NCBI RefSeq assembly: GCF_006345805.1
Contig: NC_042998.1
Span: 108,004,001-108,068,000 of the forward strand
Reading direction: 5' to 3'
Source of the DNA: Octopus sinensis
Lineage: Eukaryota
DNA: 64,000 nt
The translations under genes and the position numbers were made by a program. The notes under the pieces were generated by a model. That model saw nothing but the letters and a program-made list of their open reading frames with translations, searched no databases and had not been told where the DNA came from. Below are positions 1 to 13,091 of this stretch, piece after piece. The first letter of the stretch is position 1; each line of letters opens with the position of its first letter.

Positions 1-323
1 ACTCTTATTTAGGTATTCTACCTTTTTGATTTTTAATTGCTTTAGCCACCTATATAATAGCGTATTTAATATATCAGAATATTAATTTATTGTTATGATA
101 TCTTATTGTACGTTTATATATACTCAAACCGCTTTGAATTTTGGTGCTTGCTGTTCAATGGTTATTTTCCCTCATGAGCTAATGGGACGCAAGCTATATA
201 AAGGTTCACACTGTTATATGCATACACACACCACACACACACACAAACATATATATATGTAGAGACAGAGATAGAGAGAGAGAGAAATAGACAAACAGAT
301 AGATATTGATGCATACACACATA

Positions 324-1429
324 CACTGCATGTCAAATTATTAGGTAGCTCATTTTTTTTTTGAATAACAGAGTATTTATTCATTCAGATCCAGATATTT
401 TCCCACTGCATGATGATAATACCCATCTGCATGTACTGTACCAAGATAAATCTGATCCACCCTTATGTAAAGAAACAATGGTCATTTTTGTTAATAGGCA
501 TCATTTTTCTCGTCCTAAATTATTAAGTAGCTCTACTAAAAATGCTAATTATGCAAAAACAAACATTTATTTAATGCGACAATTAATTTTTAACAACAAA
601 TATAATCATAACGGACTTTATAATGAACCTAATAATATGTTTGAATGGAAATAATACAAGAAATATGACGTCATGAAGTTCTTAGTGATGGATGTATGAT
701 CCTCCACATGAGAGAATGTCTATGAGGTATTTATCCATTGAACTTGTCATGGTAACTATTTCATCTGAGGTGTTACTGTCAGAAGCATCTTCAATAGCTT
801 CCCAGAGTGCATTTTTTGTTGAAAACCACCGTCCATCTTTATATATCTTTCTCTTCAGAACAGTCCATAGATTTTCAATCGGGTTTAAGGCAGCTGGCCA
901 CTTCATTCTTGGCTACCTGATTCAGGAGGCAACAGCTGGTAGATTTTGAAATGTCTTCCCTACCACAACGTTTAAACACTTCTTGACTAGTCAGACACAT
1001 GTTCTTTGCAACTTCCCTTGTTATACATGACAGGGTACGCTTGGAAACAACCCTCAATTTACCCTTGTCAGCCCTTGAACAGACAGCAGAAGACTCCACA
1101 AATTTCTTCACAGTTCTATGATCTTTTCCCAGGATCTTTGATATTTCCAATGTCGTTTTTATTTTTTCAAGCTCTGAGACAATGGTGGATTTCTCCTTTG
1201 ATGTTAAATCAGGTTATTGACCCATAATAACACTTTTATTGGGCACTTGCCTAATAATTTAGAATGGTAAAATTGTTGGTGTTTAATGAAAATGGCCGCC
1301 GTTTGTTTACACTTATTTTACTACAGTATGTGCAGGTATATGTTGCCATCATTCAGTGAAAAAATATCTGGATTCGAACAAATAACTTTGTTATTTTGAA
1401 AAAAACAGAGCTGCCTAATAATCTGACAT
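324..1429 (-). mobile_element. Internally deleted Tc1-family DNA transposon
   Basis: Imperfect ~110 bp TIRs (324-440 and 1322-1429), TA at the left end; HTH remnant (ISKILGKDHRTVKKFV, 875-1150) and C-terminal remnant (WP..LNPIENLW, 682-906); most of the catalytic region is missing. Confidence 0.85.
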
Positions 1430-1499
1430 ATATATATATATATATATATGGATACATGTATATATATGGATTCATAATTAATGATACATGGATCAACAA

Positions 1500-2875
1500 G
1501 GTTCTGATTTAAGATAATTTTATTTATATTTATAGCTGAATCATTGCCAGAACTAGAGAAGAAATTACAGGCATTGAAACAAGGTCTAGAATCAAAGGGC
1601 ATTAAAGTTAATTTAGCAAAAATGAAAGTCTTAGTAAGTAGGAAAGCAGACAAATCACAGATCTTTTCAGGTAGATGGCATAGGTAGAAACTCCATAAGA
1701 TGTACCCAGCGCAAGCAATGGACATATAAGAGCTGCAGCAATATCAGAGGAAAGTTAACAGGGAAAATAGTCTTTGTGTGTGGCAGATGCACAGTACAAT
1801 AAACACTAGAAATGTAAAGAGAAAAAACTCCAACAAATGCCAGTGGGGTACCTAGAAGTAGTTGATAGCTTCCATTATCTAGGTGACCAAGTCAGCAGTG
1901 GAGGTGGATAATTTGAGAGTGTAGCTGTCAGAATAAGAATAGGCAAGGCAAAGTTGAAAGAGCTCCTAATTCTGTTGGTATCAAAGGACCCCTCCCTGAA
2001 TGAAAGGGAGACGATGTTGCCTTTGTGCAAAATGCTATGCTTCATGACAGTGGAATGTGGGCTGTGACCACAGATGACATGTGAAGGCTTGAAAGAAATG
2101 AAGCTAGTATACTATGTTGGCTGTGCAATGTCAGTGTACACAAGCGACAAAGCATAAGTGTCTTGAGAAAAAAACTGGGTATAAGAAGCATCAAATGCGG
2201 TGTGCAAGAGAGACGACGGAACTGGTATGGTCATGTAATGTGTATGGATGAGAACAGCTGTGTAAAGAAGTGCTGATCTTTAACTGGAGGAAACCTGTGG
2301 AAGAAGTAGACCCAGGAAGACACAGGATGAGGTGGTGAAGTATGATCTTCAGACGTTGGGCCTCACATAGGTGATGACAAGTGACTGAAACCTTTGGCGA
2401 TATGTTGTGCTTGAGAAAACTCATCAAGCTAAGTGAAATTGTAGTTGTGGCTGTTGCAGGTGTCATGTAAATGGTACTTGTGAAATTGTAATCATGGATG
2501 TTGCTGGTAGCATGATCTTTAAATACTGGGCCTCACAGCAGAGAAGGAAAAGGTGGTGAAGCATGATCTTTGAATGTTGGGCTCACAAATGTAATGACAA
2601 GTGACTGGAACCTTGGCAATATGCTGTGCTTGAGAAGGCTTGTCAAGCCAAGTAAAACCATAGTTGTGGCCATTACTGGTGTCATATAAATGCTGGTGTC
2701 ATGTAAATGGCACCCATTACACTCTTCGAGTGGTTGGTATTAGCAAGGACATCCAGTCACAGAAACCATGCCAAATCAGATTGGAACCAGTGCAGCTCTC
2801 TGGCTTGCAAGTTCCAGTCAAACTGTCTAACCCATTCCAGCATGAAAAGTGGGTGTTAAATGATGACGATGATTA
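1500..2875 (+). mobile_element. RTE-clade LINE 3' fragment (RT C-terminus plus 3' UTR ending in an (ATG)n-like tail)
   Basis: Degenerate IAESLPELEKKLQALKQGLESKGIKVNLAK, WYGHV and GRSRPRK..DEVVK motifs; family 3' tail at ~2720-2875. Confidence 0.85.
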
Positions 2876-3329
2876 AATCTACACAATGTCTGTCAGCAAA
2901 AGATGTATTTACAACTAGTATTGATTGACATCCCATTGAGAAGAAAGAAAAATCTAACTATTGTCATATGGACCAAAGATGTCAAGAGCCCAACATATTG
3001 CCCAGAGCCAAGCCAACAGAGGAGTCTACACATGGTCATTTAATCTGCTAGAAATAGTAACCAGATCTCTCACAGATCACACCATATCATCTTAGAAAAG
3101 GAGGGACCGGATAATGTTGATCTGGGTTATTTGTGAAGTCATGGCTGATGCCGATGTCATGTACTCTCTTGGAGTGATTGGCATTAGGAAGGGCATCCAA
3201 CCATAGAAATCATGCCAATCAAATTGGAACCTGATGCAGTCCTCCAGCTTACCAACTTCAACCAAAACATGTAACCCATGCCAGCATGGCCACAATCTCT
3301 GATTATGAGTCTGCTTGATCAAAGCTGAC

Positions 3330-3990
3330 CTAGGACTTTTTTTTCTTTATTTGTTTAGTCAAGAGGAAGGGGAAATGCCCAAGGCTTTTTCAGGCCTTCC
3401 TAGACTTGTGATACCGTTAATGTTCCTTTTGAACATTTGGAAGTCAACATCTATGAGAAAGACGGAGCAAGGAGGGAATTCCAGAAAACTAAGGTTCTTG
3501 AAAGAGCAGGACATAGTGATTAGTGTAGGGCCTGGGCTGAGGTTTAACATAGCAAGGGTAATGAGAAGAGGAGAGACAAATAAAACTAAACAGCAACAAC
3601 TACAACAGGACCAGTAAATAAATACAATCAGATAGATAGCTATTTCCTGCAGAAAATTGGCCTGAATCCCAAACAAGTGAAGAAATCCACCAAGGAGACA
3701 GGCATGGCAGCTGAAACCAGCTCAAGGTGGCTGTGGTTGACAAGAGATCACAGGTAGAACCCTTCTGCAAGTGAAGACTAATTCAGTCCTTGCTGCGGTG
3801 CTCAGGTAAAGTGTACAAGCAAAGAAGTGAAATGCTTGTGACCCTGAAATACCATCTGTTAATACGGAAGGGTCCCTGACAGTACAATGGGTTCAGAAAA
3901 AGAGCTTACAGTACATGTGAGTATCTCTGGCGGTTTCTGCATGGAGCAAGGCAGCTCCAGGGTTTATCTCACCTTGATCAAACTTTTATG
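3330..3990 (+). mobile_element. C-terminal/3' fragment of a HERO-like (restriction-like endonuclease) non-LTR retrotransposon
   Basis: Frame at ~3640-3760 reads FLQKIGLNPKQVKKSTKETGMAAETSSRWLWLTRDHR*, like the typical AAExASRWLWLKR ending. Confidence 0.65.
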
Positions 3991-4307
3991 ATCAATGATA
4001 TCTGCTCTTCTTCTTCTTCTCCTCCTCCTCCTCCCCATTACCACCACCACCACCACATTTATTTTTAATATTTTCAAACCTATTAACAATGCAAGCTCTT
4101 CAGAACTGTTCAGTTCAATAAAAGTGATATTTAACTTGAATATCTTTAGGTCAATGACTGCAGGAAAAGCAAGGGTGGAAACACAGATGGGGAAAAAAAA
4201 CCCAAAAATTGAAGTATCTTCCTCTTACTATTTTTTCCTTACAAACATCACACAATAGTAACTACTGAGCCAATCATCATATTTCTTAGTTTATTTAAAA
4301 AACATAC

Positions 4308-4446
4308 CTTTGATAGTTCATCTTTCAGTTTATGGAAGTTTTTAAGGTGTATTTCTGTTTCCTTGGACATTGTGTGAATTACAGAGTTTTTGTTATTCAA
4401 TTCAGTTGTCATCTTGCTCTGAATTAGAGATAATTCCTCTCGAAGT
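4308..4446 (-). CDS. CCDC171: CCDC171-like exon, phase 2 to 0: LREELSLIQSKMTTELNNKNSVIHTMSKETEIHLKNFHKLKDELSK
   Basis: tatttttgcag|A...AAAG|gtatgt; 139 nt; resembles human LNEDIEEQKKVIIDLSK...LQEEL. The seven exons total 609 nt (203 codons) with no stop. Confidence 0.9.
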
Positions 4447-4914
4447 CTGCAAAAATATATCACCATCTTCATCAAAATAATCATCATCAGCAGCAATGTT
4501 ATCACCATAATCACCATCCCTACTGCTATTATTATTATTAATTCAACAATGCTTCTGCAGCAGAAGCAAAAGCAGAAGCAGTAGTAACGTCACCATTGCT
4601 ACCACCACCATTACTTTATATTGACATTTAATCACCCACCATCCCATGTCCTGTCTTGTTGCATGCCCAATGCATTCTAATGAACTATTTATGTTTTTTT
4701 TAGGTATTTGAAGATGACAAATGAGATGACAAAGGACTGAGATGATAGGTGTTTTCCTGTGCTCAGGAAGACACATCCAAAACTGCAAAAATAATGTCCG
4801 AAAACAACTCAGTTATACTTGTACATACATGTGAGATTTTGTCCCCTACTGTTTTCATTCTACCCCCCCCCCTACTAGGCTGCTGTGCTCACCTGAGTGC
4901 AGAATTAGAACATA

Positions 4915-5415
4915 CTACATCATCATCATCATCATCATCGTTTAACGTCCTTTTTCCGCGCTAGCACGTGTTGGACGGTTCGACTGGGGTCTGGGAAGCC
5001 AGGGGCTACTCCAGGCTCCAGTCTGATCTGGCAGAGTTTCTACGGCTGGATGCCCTTCCTAACGCCAACCACTCCACGAGTGTAGTGGGTGCTTTTTACG
5101 TGCCACCTGCACAGGTGCCAGGGGGGGGGGCCGACATCGGTCACGATTGGTTGGAGCTTTTAACGTGCCAGCAGCACGGAAGCCAGCCAAGGCGGCGCTG
5201 GCAACGTTCGGATGGCCTTTTTATGTGCCACCGGCACAGGAGCCAGTCAGGGTGGTGCTGGCATCGGCCACGTTCGGATGGTGTTTTTTATGTGCCACCG
5301 GCACAGAAGACAGTCGGGGCGGCACTGGCATCGGCCACGTTCGGATAGTGCTTTTATGTGTCACTGGCACAGGCATCACAACTTATATTTCCATTGATAT
5401 TTATTTCGACGTTCA
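4915..5415 (-). mobile_element. RTE LINE 3' end/UTR with about five ~60-bp GC-rich tandem subunits
   Basis: (CAT)n-cgtttaacgtcc...ggatgcccttcctaacgccaacc family sequence followed by repeated gtgccaccggcac...gccagt...actggc units. Confidence 0.85.
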
Positions 5416-5523
5416 TCCCCTCCCAAATGATCTCCCACATACCTCTTCATCCCCTACCCACACCATTTCAACCAATCATCATCCCCTTCTGTGACTTCAA
5501 TCACTGCTCTCTCTCCTCTATGC

Positions 5524-5723
5524 CAGTGCTTTTCAAACTTTTTGCTGGAGTGGAACCTCAAGGAACATTCCACTGGCTCGAGGAACCCCTGTGCAATAAT
5601 TTAATAGTCTTATGCACACATATCTGCATAGGAGAATTAAAAATTACTGCCGATTTTAGCAGTTTTGTAACTTCTTGCAGAACCCTTGGACTGAACTGGC
5701 GGAACCCTGGTTGAAAACCACTG
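5524..5723. mobile_element. hAT (Buster/Charlie-like) MITE, 200 bp
   Basis: TIRs cagtgcttttcaa / ttgaaaaccactg; perfect 8-bp TSD CTCTATGC (5516-5523 and 5724-5731) with central TA. Confidence 0.92.
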
Positions 5724-6797
5724 CTCTATGCTATACTCCATTCCAAACACCTCTCTTCTCTGCTATCATTCTCAATGCCCTCCCATATCTACCATCACGA
5801 CTCACTATAACCTTTATGTATTCTTATATCTCCTTTTCCATTGCTCCTACACCTTGCACTCACTTTCTCTTATATTTTCTTTCTTTCACCTTGCCCCTCC
5901 CCACACTGATATTTCCCATCATTTGCACTCTCACCTTTGTTCATCACTCACTACATTAACCTCTACCTCCTCTTGTTTACTCCATATTTACACACCTATG
6001 AAAGCATCTACACACTCTATCATCCTCTCCCATGATCTAATGACTGTGTCCTCTCTTATGCTTGTTTTCTTATGAGTTTGCTCTAGCACCTCATCACTAC
6101 CTTCCTCTAATCTCCTTTAGCCATATAACCCCTACATAGCAAGACATCTGTGCTTGTCCCTCTATCATACTATAGCCTTTCAACACCTGGCATAAAGTTG
6201 TCTGCCTCCACCTTCTCCTAAATACTTCATCTTCGTAGTGAATGCTTTATTCCTTTCCTTTTCCTCTGTTTTTTTTTTATGTCTTGCAAGTTTCATGGCA
6301 ATCTCATTAGTGACGGTGGGACACTCTGTAAAGTGGCTAGCATTTGGAAGGACATCCAGTTATAGAAATCATACCAAAGATGACACTGGAGCATGATGCA
6401 GCCCACTGGTTCTCTGTCAAACTGTCCAATCCATGCCAGCATGGAAAGTGAATAGGTAGGTAGGTAGGGTGACAGTTACATATTTCTACTATATACATAA
6501 ATAGTATATCTAAGGAACATAATATGATAATTATATCTAGTGCACCATATATGTGAGAATATCACATTAAATCATGTGAGAGAAGCCATATTGGATGATG
6601 ACTGAAAAATTAATGCTCATACAGGCTTGATTGAATTCACTGAAAGTTTAGAAATAGGGTTACATGAAACTTAAGCAACTTTCCATAGCTCTGTATAAAA
6701 GCATGCGCGTGCATGCACACACAAATGCACACACACACACACACATTCAATTATATGAAAACTAGTACTACACTGTTATATTTTAGTTATTATCATA

Positions 6798-7547
6798 CAG
6801 GTGGTATCAAAAAGTTCCAGGACTAGTTATGTTTAATAAAAAATGAAAGAGTCACCTTGTGCAGTAATACACCAGTTGCACCATTCCCACTACTTTTCGA
6901 ATCTGGCCAGGAAGTCATTTTATGTAAGCGAGTAGAAGCCCTGCAATTTACTCTGGGTCCCAACAACGGTATTAAAACAATGACCTTTGAGCTGCACTTT
7001 CATCTTGGAGAAGAGATGGAAGTCTGCAGGTGCTAAATCTGGTGAATGGGGCAGGTATGGAAGCGATACTATGTCACTTTTGGTGAGAAACTCATAAGTG
7101 AGAAGAACACAGTGGCAGGGTGCATTGTTGTGAAGAATCCAATTCATCGAGCTCCACAGATTGTGGCAGGTCTTCTAGAAGCTCATCGTTTTCCAGGGAC
7201 ATTTCTCTGCTTTTGAAGCATCTGTGCCACTCAAAGCATTGCATATGACCCATTGCCTCATCACTCTAAGCTTGCCAAAGCATGGTCAATGTTTCTGTAG
7301 TAGACTTCCTAAGTTTATGCAAAATTTCATGTTGGCTCTTTGTTCTTGTCCATGACAAAATTGCAGACTGCAGCATACACGTAATCACAAAAACATAAAT
7401 TTCACAAGTTGCGAAGTAAACACAGCGATGCCACTCAGCACACTGCCTTATGAAGGTCACTGCCAGCTCTCACTGCACATGCAACTGTCTGCTGCCATCT
7501 GTTGGCACACTACAGAACCAGTCTGAGAACTTTTTGACACCACCTCG
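6798..7547 (-). mobile_element. Internally deleted mariner element
   Basis: TIRs caggtggtatcaaaaagttcc / gaactttttgacaccacctcg flanked by TA; remnants KLRKSTTETLTML and LHNNAPCH...PHSPDLAPADFHLF. Confidence 0.9.
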
Positions 7548-7914
7548 TATTTCTTTGTTTATCAAAAAAGCAAAGCTCTGAGAGATCATCTTCAAGTTTA
7601 CTAACTAACTAGCTTAAAAGCTGCACCCTGTGCATACCTTTAAGCTAGCTCCTGTGGAGGGCTAATTGGGCCTGCAGTCCAAAACTAAAGGGAGCAATAT
7701 TAATAAAACATTTATTGGTACTCTACCAATATGGTATTACTTTAAATTCAGTTTAAATGAAAAACTTTAAGTTTTCACAAATTTTCAGAATTCTTTGAAA
7801 ATTAGAATTTTCAACTGTTAGCATATAACAAATCCTCATCTAGACCTGATCCCAATGCTGGATGTTCAAGAAACAAATGAAGGTCAAATTTTCAATCTCA
7901 AGATCATCCTGATA

Positions 7915-8150
7915 CCAAACGGCAAGCTGGCAGAAACGTTAGCATGCAGGGCGAAATGCTTAGCGGTATTTCATCTGCCGCTACATTCTGAGTTCAAATT
8001 CCGCCGAGGTAGACTTTTCCTTTCATCCTTTCGGGGTCGATTAAATAAGTACCAGTTACACACTGGGGTCGATATAATCGACTTAATCCATTTGTCTGTC
8101 CTTGTTTGTCCTCTGTGTTTGGCCCCTTGTGGGTAGTAAAGAAATAGATA
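7915..8150 (+). mobile_element. tRNA-derived SINE (octopus OR/OK-type; exact family not assigned)
   Basis: A-box/B-box-like head (tggcagaaacg...gagttcaaattcc) and body tttcatcctttcggggtcgattaaataagtacc; related copies at 32265-32465 (+) and 52380-52615 (-). Confidence 0.75.
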
Positions 8151-8883
8151 TATGTCTATGTAGAAGAAATGTAGACTGAGATATGGGGGTCCTGGACAGA
8201 CAGACAGAATTTTGTGTTTATTTTTATAGAAGTACTTGACACAATATAATTGTGGATAAGTTTTGATCCTGATTCCCTTCTAAACAATTTTTCGTATAGA
8301 TGCATGGCAGGGTATTAAACATATTAATGAGTGTGGACAAGGTTATAAGGTTAAGAAGTTTTGTTTTGTAGTAGCATGGGTCTAGGTTTGATCTCACTTT
8401 GCAACACCTTGTACAAATATATTTTATCATAGTCTAGGGTTGACTAAAATCTTGTAAGGGACATACATATACCTGTATGTATCTCTCTCTATTTCTATAT
8501 ACATACACACATACACATTACGGTACCACTAATTGATTCACCTTATTATCTTTAATAATCCATATTTTACAGATCATTCCTCAGAAGCCATTCTGAATGC
8601 TATGTTCAACTTTTTTTTCACTCACCCAAAACACGCTTTCTATCAATGTTTTCCTTCTCTGTTTACTAACCTATAATGTGTTAATCTACCTACTGGATAT
8701 AAGAGGCAAAATTCTCTGAAGAAATAAAAAGGCCTTTCATCATAGCTTGCTAGATCAGGGTTGATCTGGAGCTAAGCCAACAACTACCGTCCTCTGGAAG
8801 TACAAACCAGATGTGACCTGTTTCAAACCCCTATCTATAGATTAATAAATACAAAAGTGACCTCCCCATAAAAAAAATCTTAC

Positions 8884-8949
8884 CCTGTTAAATCTGTCTT
8901 GTATTTGCAGTTGAGTGCCTTCTCTTCTTCATAAGTAGTTTGAAGTTTA
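8884..8949 (-). CDS. CCDC171: CCDC171-like exon, phase 2 to 2: KLQTTYEEEKALNCKYKTDLT(G)
   Basis: ccttttccttttcttccag|T...ACAGG|gtaaga; 66 nt; resembles human EVESAYEREK. Confidence 0.88.
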
Positions 8950-9794
8950 CTGGAAGAAAAGGAAAAGGGATTTACTTTATTATATCACTTCATACTTTAC
9001 TTATTACACATTATAGTACATAGAAATAACTATTTGGCCAAGAATGCGGATTAAGGAAAATAAGTCACATAGTCTGACTTTTGTCAAAGATTGGCAGAAG
9101 CAAGTGAAGTTTAAAATAGTAGGAGATACTATGTTAATGGTTTAAGACAAACCCATAAAACACTTAGAACTATGGTACATTAACTCACTGTCTGATTGAG
9201 TAGAGGTGCTGAGATCATGGCATAAAGCAAAGATAGGTTGAAAGCCATAGATAGGTTAAAACTGTTGGGCATATACAAGATCTGCTGCTTGTAGTTTAGC
9301 CTATACACCTGTACTGCTTGACCACTGCTCATATAAAAAACAGTTCTGTTGAGAGTGGAGATCAAGGAGAAAAAGTGTGGTATTTACATCAGGAAACAAT
9401 TAACAGTTCAGGGGTATATCAAAAGAGTGGGTCTCTTCAACTACCTATAACCTTAAAATTTTGAGATCTACCAATCCAGAAAGGCATGAACAGTCATGAT
9501 GCTGAGGGAGACTGAAGATGTAGAAATATGGGAGAACCCACCAAATGCCAAAACTGCAAGAAAATGTTGCACAGAAAAAGAAACTGATGACATAATAACA
9601 TCACTTGAACATTGAGATTTAGTGGGAAGAATTCAAGGTGACTGGAAAGGTATTGGTTGTAATCCATTTAAACAATTTTTGACCAAGCTGCTGTTTGTGG
9701 CTGTGTTAAAGCAAGAGGAGCAGAGAAAAGGGAACTGCATTTGATTCAATTTCCTTAAATTTAGATACATGAGTTAAGATATTCAGTAGTTTAA

Positions 9795-10003
9795 CCTTTT
9801 ATCATTCAGATTACTCTGTCAAATATAATGCTTATTTATTTACATTGTTTTGAATTAATTATACATTATCGTTTAACTTTGAGATTTTGATGATACAATT
9901 GTTTATTTTTAAAATGATATTGTAGGGAATGTGTGAAAGCCCAGATTTGGTTAGATCGACCATAATGTTTGGGCCAGATGTGGGTGGTTTAAATACTAAA
10001 GGG
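9795..10003. mobile_element. piggyBac-type MITE
   Basis: TTAA|cctttta...ctaaaggg|TTAA; same family as 23880-24100. Confidence 0.7.
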
Positions 10004-10104
10004 TTAAAATGTGCGTTTGTGTGCATGCATGTGTGTGTGTGTGTATATATATGTGTGTATGTTTGTATGTATGTATGTATGTATGATGTATGTATGTATG
10101 TATG

Positions 10105-10138
<34 letters not shown>

Positions 10139-10794
10139 TATATATATATACATATATATATACACACATACAATATAAGACTTTCTCACTCAACACTTGT
10201 ATGTTCTGATAATGTAACTTTCCTAAATAAAGTGCACTTCATATGCAAGGCTCTGATGTTATCCTGATACTCAACTAAGAGTCCACCCTATCTTATAGCA
10301 GAAACAGCAGTAAGCCGGGTAGCCATGTACCTCCTCTATAGTAAGACATCTGTTTCTGCCACTCTATTTCTCTGTCACACCCTATCCTTTCATCATCTAA
10401 CACAAGATCACCTCCTCCAATGTCCCCCTACTTTATAACAAGATACCTGTTTCTGCCTCCCTGTCTCTCTGTCACACTCTAACCTTTCATCATATGATAC
10501 AAGTTCCCTTCTTCCAATGCACCCCACCCCAATTCCTTGTCTTACAAGTTATTTGGCAACCCTGCCAGTGCTGGTACCATGTAAAAAGCAGAATCCACTC
10601 CGCAGAGTAGTAGGTGTTAGGAAGGGCATCCGGCCATAAAGACATTGTCAAAACAGACACAGTAGCTTGGAGTAGTCTTGTAACTACTACAGTCTTGCTA
10701 ACTGTCCTACCCATGCAAGCATGGAAGACAGATGTTAAACAACGATGATATATATGTGTGTGTGTATTGACATGTGTATATATACATATATATA

Positions 10795-11652
10795 TATAAG
10801 CAGAAAAGAAAATGGAGATTAAGAAGTTAATAATTGTTTATTATTAACAGCAAATTAATCATTATCCTTTACAGCTGTTTCAATTACTAGTGAGTAAATA
10901 TTAATTAAATATTAAATTTATATGACCTGAGTATAATATCTTCAGAGGAAAAAATATACCCTTGGATGTTTTATATGTATTTATGGATTCGTTATAGCAG
11001 ACTGCATGATACTGTTTATGATTTCTATTTTTACATGTTTGGGTAAGGGGTTTGCATGTTGATTGGAGATAAGATAGAGTAGGTAAATAGAATTAGAGTA
11101 ATAAATAAATAAATTAAATAGAGAGGATGGAGGAAATTTAAATATAAATAAGGTAAGAATGGAATATTCGTTTATAATGCATAAATAAAGTTAAGAAAAT
11201 TTGTATATATGCAAGTACGCATACATACATATACACGCATACATGGATACATCTGAATGTCCATATATATATATATATACAGAGACACACACATATACCC
11301 ACACATATACATACATCCACATGTACACACACATCCGTGCACATATGTATATATGCATATATACACATACATGTACATGCACAAACACATTAATACATAT
11401 GCACACCCACACATACATCTACCTTCATGAGGTTAACACAACCTCTAATCGAATTTACAGTATATATATATTTACAGTATATATATATGCATTTACATTT
11501 TTTACCCATCACCCCTAAGAAGAAGTTAACATAGATCCATGTTGGTCAATTAATTCTGACTGAAATAGTTGTAAGAGTTGATGATTAATTTGCTGCTAAT
11601 AATAAACAATTATTAACTTCCCAATCTCCATTTTCTTTTTCTTCATTTATAT
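10795..11652. repeat. Inverted pair of PLE-like terminal fragments around a TA/CA microsatellite
   Basis: ~10795-10885 is the reverse complement of ~11561-11652; both carry GAAA plus a palindromic stem III relic. Confidence 0.6.
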
Positions 11653-11694
11653 GAAAATAAACTATGTTTTTATATATATACATATTCATCATCC

Positions 11695-12510
11695 TCCTCA
11701 TCATCATCATCGTTTAATGTCTGCTTTCCATGCTGGCATGGGTTGGATGGTTTGACTGGGGTCTGGGAAGCCAGGAGGCTGCACCAGGCTCCAGTCTGAT
11801 CAGGCAGTGTTTCTACAGCTGGATGCCCTTCCTAACGCCAACCACTCTGAGAGTGTAGCGGATGCTTCTTAATGTACCACTGACACAAGAGCCAGAAGGG
11901 GCTGGCATCAACCATGATCGGATGGTGCTTTTCACATGCCACTGGCACAGAAGCCAGTCAAGGCAGCACTGGCATCGGCCACGTTCGGAAGGAATTTAAT
12001 TAACCCAAAAACTAGGTACTGAACCAGTATTTCCTTGGATGAAACCATCCCTTCATGAGGTTAACATAACCTCTAATCGAATTTACAGTATATATATACT
12101 AGATAATAATAGAGTAATTGATACCTTCGCAAATATTTTCTCCTGAATTATTTGCTCTATATTGAAATATATATATATATATATATATATCATCATCATC
12201 ATCATCATCATCGTTTAACGTCCGTTCTCCATGCTAGCATGGGTTGGACGGTTCGACCGGGGATCTGGGAAGCCAGAAGGCTGCATCAGGCTCCAGTCTT
12301 ATCTGGCAATGTTTCTACAGCTGGATGCCCTTCCTAACGCCAACCACTCCGTGAGTGTAGTGGGTGCTTTTTACGTGCCACCTGCACAGGTGCCAGGCGA
12401 GGCTGGCAAAGGCCACGGTCGGATTGGTGTATTTTACGTGCCACCGGCACGGAAGCCAGTTGAGGCGGCGCTAGCATCGGCCACGAGTCGAATAGTGCTT
12501 TTTACGTACT
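11695..12510 (-). mobile_element. Two RTE LINE 3'-end copies (~11695-11990 and ~12190-12510)
   Basis: Same (CAT)n-tailed family, each with two ~60-bp subunits. Confidence 0.85.
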
Positions 12511-12755
12511 ATATATATATATATATATATATCTCTGTCTATCTATCTATCTTTCTATATATATATATTTGTGTGTGTATGTATATATATGGCATATTGT
12601 TGTGGCTCGATTTACCAGTCTTTTCTCATAAACGTGCATGATATTGGAATTCAGAATTTGAATGTGTAGGTAGAGGTTGACACATTATTCTTGCCGCTCG
12701 GTACACATGTAAGCCCCAAGATATGCTTTTTGTGTCAATTTGTATCAATAGGAAT

Positions 12756-12816
12756 ATTCTCCTGAAGAGATGAGTAGAGCCGTTAGGTTCCTAACTTCAA
12801 AATTGCAATAGAGAAT
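12756..12816 (+). ncRNA. Decayed minimal type I hammerhead ribozyme (G12 mutated to A)
   Basis: attctc-CTGAAGA-ga...tc-AAAA-ttgcaa-TA-gagaat: 6-bp stem I, palindromic stem III. Confidence 0.6.
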
Positions 12817-13091
12817 TAACCTTTTATTTTAAAGTTGTGAATTTTATATCATGTCACTCGCCAACAGCTTTATTGTGAAGAGATAGAATATGAGTTTTTA
12901 TGGTGGCTTTATGGTGGTTTTGACTGCTATTTCTAGACATGTAAGGGTTTTTGTAACCCTCTTCATTATAATTGCGATTTATTCATAATTATACACACTT
13001 ATATATATATGTAATCAGTAGAACTAAGCATATGTCTGTTTTTATACAGAAAACTGGTAGTTAGTTTTACAAATTATATTGCTTTTGGAAT

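Noticed and set aside
165-212. Hammerhead-like relic (ctcatga...gacgcaa-gcta)
   Set aside because: Both core strands are mutated and stems I and II do not pair convincingly
5090-5380. Regular ~60-bp repeats superficially like a CRISPR array
   Set aside because: No unique spacers and no cas genes; eukaryotic context; it is part of an RTE 3' UTR
9859-11518. Many Y/I/C/V/H-rich ORFs (also at 38.1-38.6, 46.9-47.1, 49.1-49.3 and 52.9-53.3 kb)
   Set aside because: Translations of TA, CA, TATG and GA microsatellites
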